Below are positions 45,288 through 54,250 of a stretch of 64,000 bases of DNA, one piece after another; the first letter of the stretch is position 1, and each line of letters opens with the position of its first letter. This DNA comes from Candidatus Omnitrophota bacterium (GTDB lineage: Bacteria > Omnitrophota > Gorgyraeia > Zapsychrales > Fredricksoniimonadaceae), in the NCBI GenBank assembly GCA_015232565.1, contig JADFZK010000007.1, positions 664 to 64,663 on the forward strand. The letters run 5' to 3'. The notes below the pieces were generated by a model that saw nothing but the letters and a program-made list of their open reading frames with translations, ran no database searches and was not told the DNA's origin. The translations under genes were made by a program, and so were the position numbers.

Positions 45288-45971
45288 CTAAGACACGTTT
45301 ATTCCGAAAGCACTCTTAATCCTCGAGAAAATCGTGTCTTTAGCAAGAATCCTACGATAATGATCCTGATTATACCCATTATTCCACCAACTATCGCTAA
45401 AAGGGTCAATCAACTGTGCGCTAGTCCTCCGAAAGAATGCCGTATTTCTATCAACAATCTCCACAAGCTCAAACATATGCTCGGCATTAATAATATCAAA
45501 CATCCTTTTTATGGATGGGATCCGGATATCATCAATTATCAATAAACCGCCCTCTTCAATAAGCGGATATATGTAGAAATATTCTAGATCAGGGAAAGGA
45601 TACCCATGCGGACCATCAATAAGAGCAACCTGGAACTTATGTGAAAACTGAAACTGTGGCAAAGTTTTCTGCGTAGGTCCCTCAACATATCTAACACGCT
45701 TTGATGAAAGCAATGCAGAAGAACGCACCTTACAAACACTCTCTCCAACATCCAAAGCAAAAACAAGGTGATCTTCTGAAAGATGCGAAAACAATAACGT
45801 TGATCTTCCTGATCCAGTCTCCAAAGAATGTTTAATTTCCCCCAGACTCAAAGCATGTTTTACAATAACTCGTAAAACACTGTTACTTATTGTTCCACAA
45901 GCATGCCAATTGCCGGGTAAAGCCTCAATCGCTTGAATTGTCTGCTCATTAATCTTCATGATATCTATCAC
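45288..45971 (-). CDS. Class I SAM-dependent methyltransferase (TylF/CmcI-like)
   Basis: Motif I reads LETGSGRSTLLF. An acidic motif follows after beta-2, and the protein is about 227 aa. It is embedded among glycosyltransferases. Confidence 0.6.
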   Translation of the reverse strand: MIDIMKINEQTIQAIEALPGNWHACGTISNSVLRVIVKHALSLGEIKHSLETGSGRSTLLFSHLSEDHLVFALDVGESVCKVRSSALLSSKRVRYVEGPTQKTLPQFQFSHKFQVALIDGPHGYPFPDLEYFYIYPLIEEGGLLIIDDIRIPSIKRMFDIINAEHMFELVEIVDRNTAFFRRTSAQLIDPFSDSWWNNGYNQDHYRRILAKDTIFSRIKSAFGINVS

Positions 45972-45981
45972 CTTCCTTTGC

Positions 45982-47253
45982 TTAAGTGCGCGACTGGTTT
46001 GCTGTCATGCTACTCTCTTGATCAATTAACCTCAGATAATGCGGCAGCACATATTTGTCAAAATTCTTCTCCCAGTCGTAATATCTGTTTGCAACTGCAA
46101 GATTCTTCTGACCAGCATCACAACACAACTTTGGATCGCCAGCAATTCTTATAATAGCTTCCGCAAAAGCTTCTGGCGAATCAGCAAGAACAGTTCCACT
46201 ACCATCAATAACTACCCCCTCAGCACCTTTCCTGGTAGATACAATTGGCTTACCCATGGCCATTGCTTCTATAATTTTAATCCTCATCCCAGCGCCATAA
46301 CGCAAAGGAACGACAACCACGTCGGAATCCATGATATGAGGCCGAACATCTTGCACAAAACCAATCAATCGAACATCGGCTATATCCTTAATTCTACTCT
46401 TTAATTTTGCAGAAGGACCCCTTCCAACAACATCAAACAGGAAATTGCAACCACTGCGTCTTAACACGGGAGCAATTGCCTCAATAAAGAAATTTATAGC
46501 ATCTTCAGACTGTGGAGAATCTAATGAACCAACATAAACCAAACGAATTACCCCTCCAGCTGAAACCCCCTTAGACACTTTCAAAAAAGGGACATAATCA
46601 GCAATCCTTAATCCAAATGCCATATCAAACAGCTTTCCTGCTACAGGATAGGCTCTCTCAATCTTGACACATTCCTGTTTCGAAACACCTAAGACCAAAT
46701 CGGCATCCAAGAGTGCCAAACGTTCCTGAAATAAAAGTTTAATACTTCCAAAGTAAACAAATATGCCGTATAGAAAATTTCCGCAACGAATTAAAGAAAG
46801 GCCATGATTTCTCCAATACTCATATTCCCAATTATGAGCCATAATCACCAACGCAGCTTTACGCTGTTTAAGAACATCATGATACGCCCACGCATGCTCC
46901 ACTTGAATAATGTCGAAATCCGCACGAATAAGACGCAGACTATCCGGTAACATATAAAAATGGGAGATATCTGAGATAGGATAACGACCAAAAATCGAAC
47001 GCAATCTGCTCAGTATAGACCAAAATAATCCTGATGGAGGGTAACCTGCAATGTGTAACGTGCAATATTCTCTTAAATCAGATAAGCCCTGTACATGATG
47101 CTCCTCGAACGGCCTCCTCAAAAGAGCATGTACTTCAAAGAAACGAGATAATGATCGCAAAACATTCCACGTAAGAAGCCTGCCGCCACCATCAGGAGGA
47201 CATATAGGATAGGACAAAACTATTAACAATTTTGGTTTCTTATTGGCCTTCAT
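45982..47253 (-). CDS. Glycosyltransferase family 4 (GT-B, group 1)
   Basis: The C-terminal GT1 signature reads PLRYGAGMRIKIIEAMAMGKPIVST. Confidence 0.75.
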   Translation of the reverse strand: MKANKKPKLLIVLSYPICPPDGGGRLLTWNVLRSLSRFFEVHALLRRPFEEHHVQGLSDLREYCTLHIAGYPPSGLFWSILSRLRSIFGRYPISDISHFYMLPDSLRLIRADFDIIQVEHAWAYHDVLKQRKAALVIMAHNWEYEYWRNHGLSLIRCGNFLYGIFVYFGSIKLLFQERLALLDADLVLGVSKQECVKIERAYPVAGKLFDMAFGLRIADYVPFLKVSKGVSAGGVIRLVYVGSLDSPQSEDAINFFIEAIAPVLRRSGCNFLFDVVGRGPSAKLKSRIKDIADVRLIGFVQDVRPHIMDSDVVVVPLRYGAGMRIKIIEAMAMGKPIVSTRKGAEGVVIDGSGTVLADSPEAFAEAIIRIAGDPKLCCDAGQKNLAVANRYYDWEKNFDKYVLPHYLRLIDQESSMTANQSRT

Positions 47254-47361
47254 GCCACACTCTTTTCTAGTCTTAAAAACATTTATCCACAACGCTTAAT
47301 CACCTATTTAAACACTGACCAGCCCTTTAAAGAATTACCTAAACACCTCACAAGAATGGCG

Positions 47362-48126
47362 TTACCCCAAATAACACTTGATCGTCTCCTCCGAAAGGTC
47401 GTCTTTCACAATGACCCCCTGGGCCAGGAGGATTGTGCGGCGGCACATTTGCCTTACGGCGTTGATATCGTGGCTCACGAACAGCACGGTCTTGCCGGCG
47501 CGGCTGGCTTCTCCCATTTTGCCCAGGCACTTCTTCTGGAACTGGGCGTCGCCTACCGCCAGCACTTCGTCCACCAGTAATATCTCGGATTCCAGGTGCG
47601 CGGCCACCGAAAAAGCCAGGCGCATGTACATGCCGCTGGAATAATGTTTTACCGGAGCCTCCAGGAACTTGGCGATCTCCGCAAAAGCCACAATAGCATC
47701 AAAATTCCGGCGTATTTCCTGGCGGGTCATGCCCAGGATCGCGCCATTCAGGAAAATATTCTCCCGCCCGCTTAATTCCGGATGAAAACCCGCGCCGACC
47801 TCGAGCAAACTGGCCACCCGCCCGCGCAACCGGATCTCGCCGGTAGTTGGCGGCGTGATCCGGGACAGGATCTTGAGCAAGGTGCTTTTACCAGAACCGT
47901 TACTGCCGATCACCCCCACTACCTCCCCGCGCTTGACTTCGAAAGACACTCCTTTAAGCGCCCAGAAAGTCTCACACGGCGCCCCGCGCCCCTTCAGCCA
48001 GGACCACAAGTTCCGCGGCATTAACGCCAGCTCCTCGGTCAAGGTGCGATGCAATGTAGCCCCGCGAGTTACAGCCATCGAATAAGCCTTGCCCACCTCT
48101 TTAACACTGATAACAGTCTCGCTCAT
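47362..48126 (-). CDS. wzt: Polysaccharide/O-antigen ABC exporter ATP-binding protein (Wzt/TagH-like, no C-terminal carbohydrate-binding domain)
   Basis: It has Walker A (GVIGSNGSGKSTLLK), the LSGGQ-like motif YSSGMYMRLAF, and Walker B (LLVDEVLAVGD). The protein is 254 aa. Confidence 0.8.
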   Translation of the reverse strand: MSETVISVKEVGKAYSMAVTRGATLHRTLTEELALMPRNLWSWLKGRGAPCETFWALKGVSFEVKRGEVVGVIGSNGSGKSTLLKILSRITPPTTGEIRLRGRVASLLEVGAGFHPELSGRENIFLNGAILGMTRQEIRRNFDAIVAFAEIAKFLEAPVKHYSSGMYMRLAFSVAAHLESEILLVDEVLAVGDAQFQKKCLGKMGEASRAGKTVLFVSHDINAVRQMCRRTILLAQGVIVKDDLSEETIKCYLG

Positions 48127-48959
48127 ACCACATCCGCAAAATTACGTTCCACACTATAAAAATAAATAACTCCGCTTACCAAAAGGAATATCGACGACGC
48201 CGTACCCACCATGACCATTGGCCAGGTAAGCACATTACTGCCCAAAATAGCCCACCGGAAACCCTCCACAAAAACGAAGGCCGGATTAAGGCTGAAATAA
48301 ATTATCCATTCGGCCGGCACCAAAGAAGCCGCATAGACCACCGGCGTAATATACATCCATATTTGCAGGATGAACGGCATGGCGTGCATAAAATCCCGAT
48401 AATAAACCATCAACGCGCTCAGCCAAAGGCTGGCTCCTACCGCCGCAACAATGAGCATGATACAAAACAACGGCAAAGCCAGAACACGCCAGCCAGGGCA
48501 AATATGATACAGCGTTAAAGCGCCGAACACGACCGTCAGGGAAACAATAAGATCCACCAGCGACCCCAACCCGGCGGCCAAAGGGATTATGGCGCGCGGA
48601 AAATACACTTTAGTTATAAGGAACCCGTTCCCCACCAGGCTGTTACCCGCGCGTTGTAATATGCTCGAGAAGAAATTCCAGGCGGTCATGCCGCACAAGA
48701 CAAAAAGCAAATACGGCTGTCCGTCACTGGGTATCCGGGCAAAAACGCCAAAGATCAAAGCAAAGATCAAGGATGCCAGCAAAGGCTGAAGGACGATCCA
48801 GGCTACGCCGATAACGGTTTGCTTGTACCTTAAGCGCACGTCGCGCTCGGCCAGGATCCACAAAAGATCGCGAAAACGCCAAATATCACGAAATATATGC
48901 TCAACCCGCAGTTGGGGCTCTATTACGATCTCGGCTTCTGTCGTAACCTGCTCGCTCAT
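48123..48959 (-). CDS. wzm: ABC-2 type polysaccharide exporter permease (Wzm/TagG-like)
   Basis: It has six TM helices and is coupled by a 4-nt overlap to wzt. The start was chosen at MSEQVTT to avoid overlapping the upstream GT9 gene. Confidence 0.7.
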   Translation of the reverse strand: MSEQVTTEAEIVIEPQLRVEHIFRDIWRFRDLLWILAERDVRLRYKQTVIGVAWIVLQPLLASLIFALIFGVFARIPSDGQPYLLFVLCGMTAWNFFSSILQRAGNSLVGNGFLITKVYFPRAIIPLAAGLGSLVDLIVSLTVVFGALTLYHICPGWRVLALPLFCIMLIVAAVGASLWLSALMVYYRDFMHAMPFILQIWMYITPVVYAASLVPAEWIIYFSLNPAFVFVEGFRWAILGSNVLTWPMVMVGTASSIFLLVSGVIYFYSVERNFADVV

Positions 48960-48976
48960 AAATTTATCACCCGACT

Positions 48977-50071
48977 TTATTTTAAAATACCCTTTGCCCA
49001 TTCCAGGATCTCGTTCACCCGAGCCGCCGTCAACACCAGCCGACGGCCAGGACAAGCTACAAAAGTATACCCGAATACCACCCGATCAGCAGGATCTTGA
49101 CGCGCCGCTATTACAAGATCCCGGGAACCTTGCGGCCCCCATTTTTGTTCATTCCCCATGGCGAATATGCCGGCAGAAGGCACCCCGCACGCCGCCGCCA
49201 AATGCAATAAACCGGAATCCGTACCGATAAAAGCCCCACAATCCCTGAAATGCTCCACAGTGTCCGCCAGGGAAAGACGGCCGCAAAGATCCTGCACCGG
49301 GACCGAAACCGCTAACTGAGCTTTTATTTGCCGCGCTTCCGCTACAACATCCGCACCGCCCAGAAACAAAACAGCACACCCCTGCGCCAGCAAACCCCCG
49401 GTAATAGACCGCACCTGTTCCACTGTCAGTCGTCTTTCGATCACGCTTCCGCCCCAGAACAAAGCCACCCGGCGCAGGTCTGTCCGCCGGCTGGCCTGAA
49501 GAAAAACCGGCGAAAAAGTTAACGGGTCCAGCGCAAAGATCAAACCAAACAAAGCCGTAAAGTTCTGCAATTCCGGAGCATTTACGTCGTAACCAGCAGT
49601 AAGATTAAAAAGCCTGGTCCGTAAAGGGCGTGTGGAGAACCCCGCCTTGACCGAAGCCTTTGTGCTATACGCTACCACCGCGCTTAAATAATGCCACTGC
49701 TCGGTATCAATAACAAGATCATACTCCTGCCGCACAACCCGCCAGAGATCCGGCCAACGGTCATAACAGTATATCGAGCGGCAAAACCGCCGCGCCAGGA
49801 TAAAGGCTCCTTCATTCCGGCGCTCGCAAAGAAGGTCTATCTCAACATTGTGTTGCTCGCGTAACCGTTCAATGATCGACAACAAAAATACCGCATCCCC
49901 AATACCGCCCGGACGGATAATCAGGATCCGGCGGATAACTCCATCCGGGGATCTCTCCGGCAAAGCCGGCAACAAGAACGCTATCATGCCGCCCAGGGCC
50001 AGATCCAACGACTTGATAAGTTTAAGCTTTACCCCGCCGGCCGAACGCCAGATATCCCCAAAACCGATCAT
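48977..50071 (-). CDS. Glycosyltransferase family 9 (LPS heptosyltransferase-like)
   Basis: RILIIRPGGIGDAVFLLSIIERLR and the C-terminal GTDSGLLHLAAACGVPSAGIF are GT9 hallmarks. Confidence 0.7.
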   Translation of the reverse strand: MIGFGDIWRSAGGVKLKLIKSLDLALGGMIAFLLPALPERSPDGVIRRILIIRPGGIGDAVFLLSIIERLREQHNVEIDLLCERRNEGAFILARRFCRSIYCYDRWPDLWRVVRQEYDLVIDTEQWHYLSAVVAYSTKASVKAGFSTRPLRTRLFNLTAGYDVNAPELQNFTALFGLIFALDPLTFSPVFLQASRRTDLRRVALFWGGSVIERRLTVEQVRSITGGLLAQGCAVLFLGGADVVAEARQIKAQLAVSVPVQDLCGRLSLADTVEHFRDCGAFIGTDSGLLHLAAACGVPSAGIFAMGNEQKWGPQGSRDLVIAARQDPADRVVFGYTFVACPGRRLVLTAARVNEILEWAKGILK

Positions 50072-51033
50072 CGGGCCTGACCTGTTTTGCGGTCCAGCCA
50101 GCCCTGGTTAGCTTTATACCAGGCCACTGTTTCCGCCAATCCGGTATCCAGATCCACCTGCGGCCGCCAGCCCAGCTCTTTCTGTATACGAGCGCAGTTG
50201 ATGCTATAGCGAAAGTCATGGCCCGGACGATCGGCCACGTATTCTATTAAAGATCCCGGCCGGCCCGTCAGCTGTAAGACCGCCTTTACCACCTCGATAT
50301 TCCGCCGATGGATCCCAGACCCGATATTATAAGCTGCGCCAAATGCCCCCTTTTCCATAACGGCAATTATGCCTCGCGCACAGTCCGCAACATGCAACCA
50401 TTCGCGGACATTCAACCCCCGGGCATAAACCGGCACTTTAAGGTTATGGAGCGCTTTATAAATAACTACCGGGATTAGTTTCTCGGGGAACTGCCACGGC
50501 CCGTAATTATTGGAGGCCCGCACAATGTTGACCGGAAGGCCATATGTCCGAAAGTACGAGCTCACCAGCAGGTCGGCCGCGGCCTTGCTTACCGAATACG
50601 GCGAGTTGGGCCGGAACGGCGCATCCTCCGCGGAACTGCCGCGCGCCACATCCCCATAAACCTCGTCGGTCGAAATATGCACCAGCCGGGCCACCCCCAG
50701 GAGCCGGGCCGCCTCCAGCATGGTTTGTGTCCCCATGATATTAGTCTGCAAAAAAACCTGGCCGTCCTTAATACTGCGGTCAACGTGAGTTTCGGCCGCA
50801 AAATGCACTATGCTGTCGGGCCGGAAGTTTTTAACCATCTTAAAGACCATACTAGCGTTGCAAATATCAACTTTTTTAAAACTAACCTGCCCCTTTACCG
50901 CAGACAGACGCGCTTTATCCCCGGCATAGGTCAAGGCGTCAAGCACCATAACCGTATCGCCCCGCCGCGCGATCTGCCGCACAAATTCACTGCCGATAAA
51001 ACCGGCCCCGCCGGTAACCAGGATCTTTTTCAT
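50068..51033 (-). CDS. rfbB: dTDP-glucose 4,6-dehydratase
   Basis: MKKILVTGGAGFIGSEF is the Rossmann motif, and YSVSKAAADLLV gives the YxxxK catalytic dyad. Confidence 0.85.
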   Translation of the reverse strand: MKKILVTGGAGFIGSEFVRQIARRGDTVMVLDALTYAGDKARLSAVKGQVSFKKVDICNASMVFKMVKNFRPDSIVHFAAETHVDRSIKDGQVFLQTNIMGTQTMLEAARLLGVARLVHISTDEVYGDVARGSSAEDAPFRPNSPYSVSKAAADLLVSSYFRTYGLPVNIVRASNNYGPWQFPEKLIPVVIYKALHNLKVPVYARGLNVREWLHVADCARGIIAVMEKGAFGAAYNIGSGIHRRNIEVVKAVLQLTGRPGSLIEYVADRPGHDFRYSINCARIQKELGWRPQVDLDTGLAETVAWYKANQGWLDRKTGQAR

Positions 51034-51896
51034 GCCGACTTTCCTTCCCGAGCTAACTGGTCTACATAAACTTTCAGGTCATCTCGCCAATGCGGAATAG
51101 TTATTTGCAAAGCCCGCGCCAGCGCTTTATTGGACAGCACCGAATAACCCGGACGCTCGGCGCGGCTCCCAAAAGCATTGCGAGATACCGCCAGGACTGT
51201 CTGATCCTGAATGCCCGCCTGCCGAAGATACTCCACCACCCACTCATAACGAGAAGCCTGCCCTGAATTGGTTAAATGATACAAACCCGCCAGCCGCGCT
51301 TTCCGGGCTTCGCAAACAACATCCACGATCCGGTGCGTAAAAGTGGGGACCGACACCTCATCGCTGGCAATTCTTAGCTCGGCGCTTTTGCTCATCCATT
51401 CACGGACCTTATACAAAAAATTATTCCGTCCCCGGCCCTGAACCCAGCTCAGGCGAAATACCAGATGCCCGCCGCCAGTCTCCAGCACTAACCGCTCACC
51501 GGCCAGTTTGCTCCTGCCATAAACACTTAAAGGGCCTGGCTCGTCAACTTCAATATAAGGCGTTGTTTGCCGGCCATCAAACACATAATCGGTACTGAAA
51601 TGCACCAGTTTTATTTTTCGCGCTGAACAAAACTCGGCCATCAGGCGCGGAGCCTGGGCATTAACCGCGAAAGCCTTATCAACTTCGTCTTCCGCCTGGT
51701 CCACCAGGTTATAAGCCGAGCAATTTATCAAGGCTTGCGGATCAGTGCCGGCCAGAAAACCGGTTAATGCCGGGCCATCGGCCACATCGCACATGGCACG
51801 ATCAACCGCAATGTACGGGATCTCCGCCCGGTCAAAATAACGCGTGAACGCCTCACCGAGCTGTCCCCGGGCTCCCAGCACCATGATCTTCTTCAT
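51030..51896 (-). CDS. rfbD: dTDP-4-dehydrorhamnose reductase
   Basis: [14 protein letters not shown] opens an RmlD-like SDR. It lies between rfbB and rfbC. Confidence 0.8.
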   Translation of the reverse strand: MKKIMVLGARGQLGEAFTRYFDRAEIPYIAVDRAMCDVADGPALTGFLAGTDPQALINCSAYNLVDQAEDEVDKAFAVNAQAPRLMAEFCSARKIKLVHFSTDYVFDGRQTTPYIEVDEPGPLSVYGRSKLAGERLVLETGGGHLVFRLSWVQGRGRNNFLYKVREWMSKSAELRIASDEVSVPTFTHRIVDVVCEARKARLAGLYHLTNSGQASRYEWVVEYLRQAGIQDQTVLAVSRNAFGSRAERPGYSVLSNKALARALQITIPHWRDDLKVYVDQLAREGKSA

Positions 51897-52459
51897 TGCG
51901 CGCTCCGATATTCAAAATTTATCTGCGCGTTAGCCAGCGGCACCCCTTCCTTATCCCGCGGAGACAACACCGGACTTTTTTCCGGCCAGGCAATATTCAG
52001 ATCCGGATCATTCCAGATAATACAACGCTCCAGGTCCGGCGCATACTCGGCAGAACAATAATAAATAATTTCGGCCTCATCTGAAAGAGTACAAAAACCA
52101 TGCGCGAATCCGGCCGGGACATACAACATTTTTCTGTTAACTTCCGACAACCGCTCGCCCACCCAGGCGCCAAAAGTCGGCGATCCCCGGCGGATATCCA
52201 CCGCCACATCAAAGACCTCCCCCTTAAGCACCGATACCAGCTTGGCTTGCGACCGGGGGTTCAACTGATAGTGCAAACCCCTCAGCACATCTTTAGACGA
52301 AACCGACAGGTTACCCTGAAGGACCGTGAGGTCTATACCCTGCGCCAGGAAATCCGAATGACGGAATATTTCGGCAAAACCCCCGCGCGTATCAGAGAAA
52401 AAACGCGGCTCGACAACTATAACCTCCGGCAGAACACTTGGTTTAAAGTCAAAAGGCAT
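51893..52459 (-). CDS. rfbC: dTDP-4-dehydrorhamnose 3,5-epimerase
   Basis: RGLHYQ and the cupin fold, in a 188-aa protein, match RmlC. Confidence 0.85.
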   Translation of the reverse strand: MPFDFKPSVLPEVIVVEPRFFSDTRGGFAEIFRHSDFLAQGIDLTVLQGNLSVSSKDVLRGLHYQLNPRSQAKLVSVLKGEVFDVAVDIRRGSPTFGAWVGERLSEVNRKMLYVPAGFAHGFCTLSDEAEIIYYCSAEYAPDLERCIIWNDPDLNIAWPEKSPVLSPRDKEGVPLANAQINFEYRSAQ

Positions 52460-53324
52460 CGGGCTCTCCGGCGATTTTTTGTAAATACGCCCCGTAAGAA
52501 GTCTTTATTGCCCGGCCCAATACGCACAATTGCTCCCGGGTAATATACCCACGGTTATAGGCGATCTCTTCTATACACGCCACCTTGAGCCCCTGGCGTT
52601 CCTCCACCGTCTTGATAAAGATCGAAGCGTCAATAAGCGACTCGTAAGTCCCCGTGTCCAGCCAGGCATACCCCCGCCCGAAACGCTCTACCGTTAATTT
52701 CCCCCGGCGCAAATACTCCAGGTTAACATCGGTTATCTCCACCTCGCCGCGCCGGGAAGGCCGGACACTTTTGGCGATCTCCACCACCGCATTATCATAG
52801 AAATACAATCCCGTGACCGCCCAATTAGACAAAGGCCGCGCCGGCTTTTCTTCTATGTTCAACGGACTGCCGTCCTGGTTGAAAGACACCACCCCGTAGC
52901 TTTGCGGATCCTTAACGCAATAACCAAATATCGTCGCCCCAACCTGCCGCGCTACCGCCTGCTGAAGAAAATCGGAAAGCCCGTGGCCAAAGAAAATATT
53001 ATCCCCCAAAGCCATCGCCACCCGGTCCCGGGCGATGAACTCTTCGCCAATAATAAAGGCATCCGCCAGCCCGCGGGGGTGCGGTTGTTCGGCATAACTG
53101 ATATTAAGACCTATAGCACCACCATCCCCCAGAAGGCTCTGGAACTGCCCACGTGACTGCGGAGTGGTGATGATCAGGATATCCCGGATACCCGCCAGCA
53201 TAAGCACCGAAAGCGGATAATAGATCATGGGCTTGTCGTAAACCGGCAAAAGCTGTTTGGACACACTTTTGGTGATCGGGAACAGACGAGTCGCGGTTCC
53301 TCCCGCCAGAATAATACCTTTCAT
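52449..53324 (-). CDS. rfbA: Glucose-1-phosphate thymidylyltransferase
   Basis: [39 protein letters not shown] matches RmlA. Confidence 0.9.
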   Translation of the reverse strand: MKGIILAGGTATRLFPITKSVSKQLLPVYDKPMIYYPLSVLMLAGIRDILIITTPQSRGQFQSLLGDGGAIGLNISYAEQPHPRGLADAFIIGEEFIARDRVAMALGDNIFFGHGLSDFLQQAVARQVGATIFGYCVKDPQSYGVVSFNQDGSPLNIEEKPARPLSNWAVTGLYFYDNAVVEIAKSVRPSRRGEVEITDVNLEYLRRGKLTVERFGRGYAWLDTGTYESLIDASIFIKTVEERQGLKVACIEEIAYNRGYITREQLCVLGRAIKTSYGAYLQKIAGEPDAF

Positions 53325-53367
53325 ACGCGGCCTTTCGAATTTAGTGTGCGAATATCGGTATACTGGA

Positions 53368-54249
53368 TCATTTTATAATGTAGATCAAAAAAGCCATATA
53401 GTACAACCACCAGAGCACTGTCAGGAACAACCATACGTCTTTAAGCAGGATCTCGGCCAGATCCTCCCCGCAGGCTTTAACATATATGAGGTACAGGTAC
53501 CGCGCAATACCCGCCACCACGAACCCGATAGAGTAAAGAAAGATCCCCGGGCTCAACTGGCTATGCACCAGGGAAGTACCCGCATAGAACGCATAAGAAA
53601 GTATGGACAAGGCCGCAAAAAGAAAGATCAACCGGTCAAGCAGGGCCGGCGGATAATCGCCCAGCACGGCACGATGCCGAACAGCATTATCTTTCAGAAC
53701 GATCTGCTCGGAACGTCTTTTAGCGAAACCCAGGAAAAGCGACAACATAAAAACACACAACTGCATCCAGAGCGAAGGCACCACCATAATAGCTACCGAC
53801 CCCACCCAGATACGGATCTGAAAACCCAGCGCCAGAGTTACCACATCGAAAATAGCGCGGTCTTTGGCAAAAAAATTATAAAAGAGCTGTAAAACTACAT
53901 AGCACGCCGACCACACCCACAATCCCGGTCCAACACCGGATAAAGCCCGGATACCCAGGATCATACACCCCAGGCCAAGCAGTGCGGCGAAATTTAACGA
54001 AACCTGTCCAGCGGCTATCGGACGTAAACATTTCCGGGGATGGGACCGGTCGCGCTCCCGGTCCAGCACATCATTGGCAATATAGACTGCGCTGGAAACC
54101 AGCGAGAACCCCAGGAAGGCCATTGTACTGGCCAACCAGTAGCCCCGGTCCAGGCACTGCCCGGAAAATAATAATGGCAAGAACACAAACCCGTTCTTGA
54201 TCCATTGCTTCATGCGCATAACCCTGGGGATATGTGCCAAATATTCCAT
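53368..54249 (-). CDS. UbiA-family polyprenyl-phosphate 5-phosphoribosyltransferase homolog (decaprenyl-phosphate phosphoribosyltransferase-like)
   Basis: [18 protein letters not shown]...[26 protein letters not shown] parallels the mycobacterial Rv3806c motifs (RQWVKN; NDxxDxExDRxHPxKxxRPIAAG). Confidence 0.7.
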   Translation of the reverse strand: MEYLAHIPRVMRMKQWIKNGFVFLPLLFSGQCLDRGYWLASTMAFLGFSLVSSAVYIANDVLDRERDRSHPRKCLRPIAAGQVSLNFAALLGLGCMILGIRALSGVGPGLWVWSACYVVLQLFYNFFAKDRAIFDVVTLALGFQIRIWVGSVAIMVVPSLWMQLCVFMLSLFLGFAKRRSEQIVLKDNAVRHRAVLGDYPPALLDRLIFLFAALSILSYAFYAGTSLVHSQLSPGIFLYSIGFVVAGIARYLYLIYVKACGEDLAEILLKDVWLFLTVLWWLYYMAFLIYIIK

Positions 54250-54250
54250 C

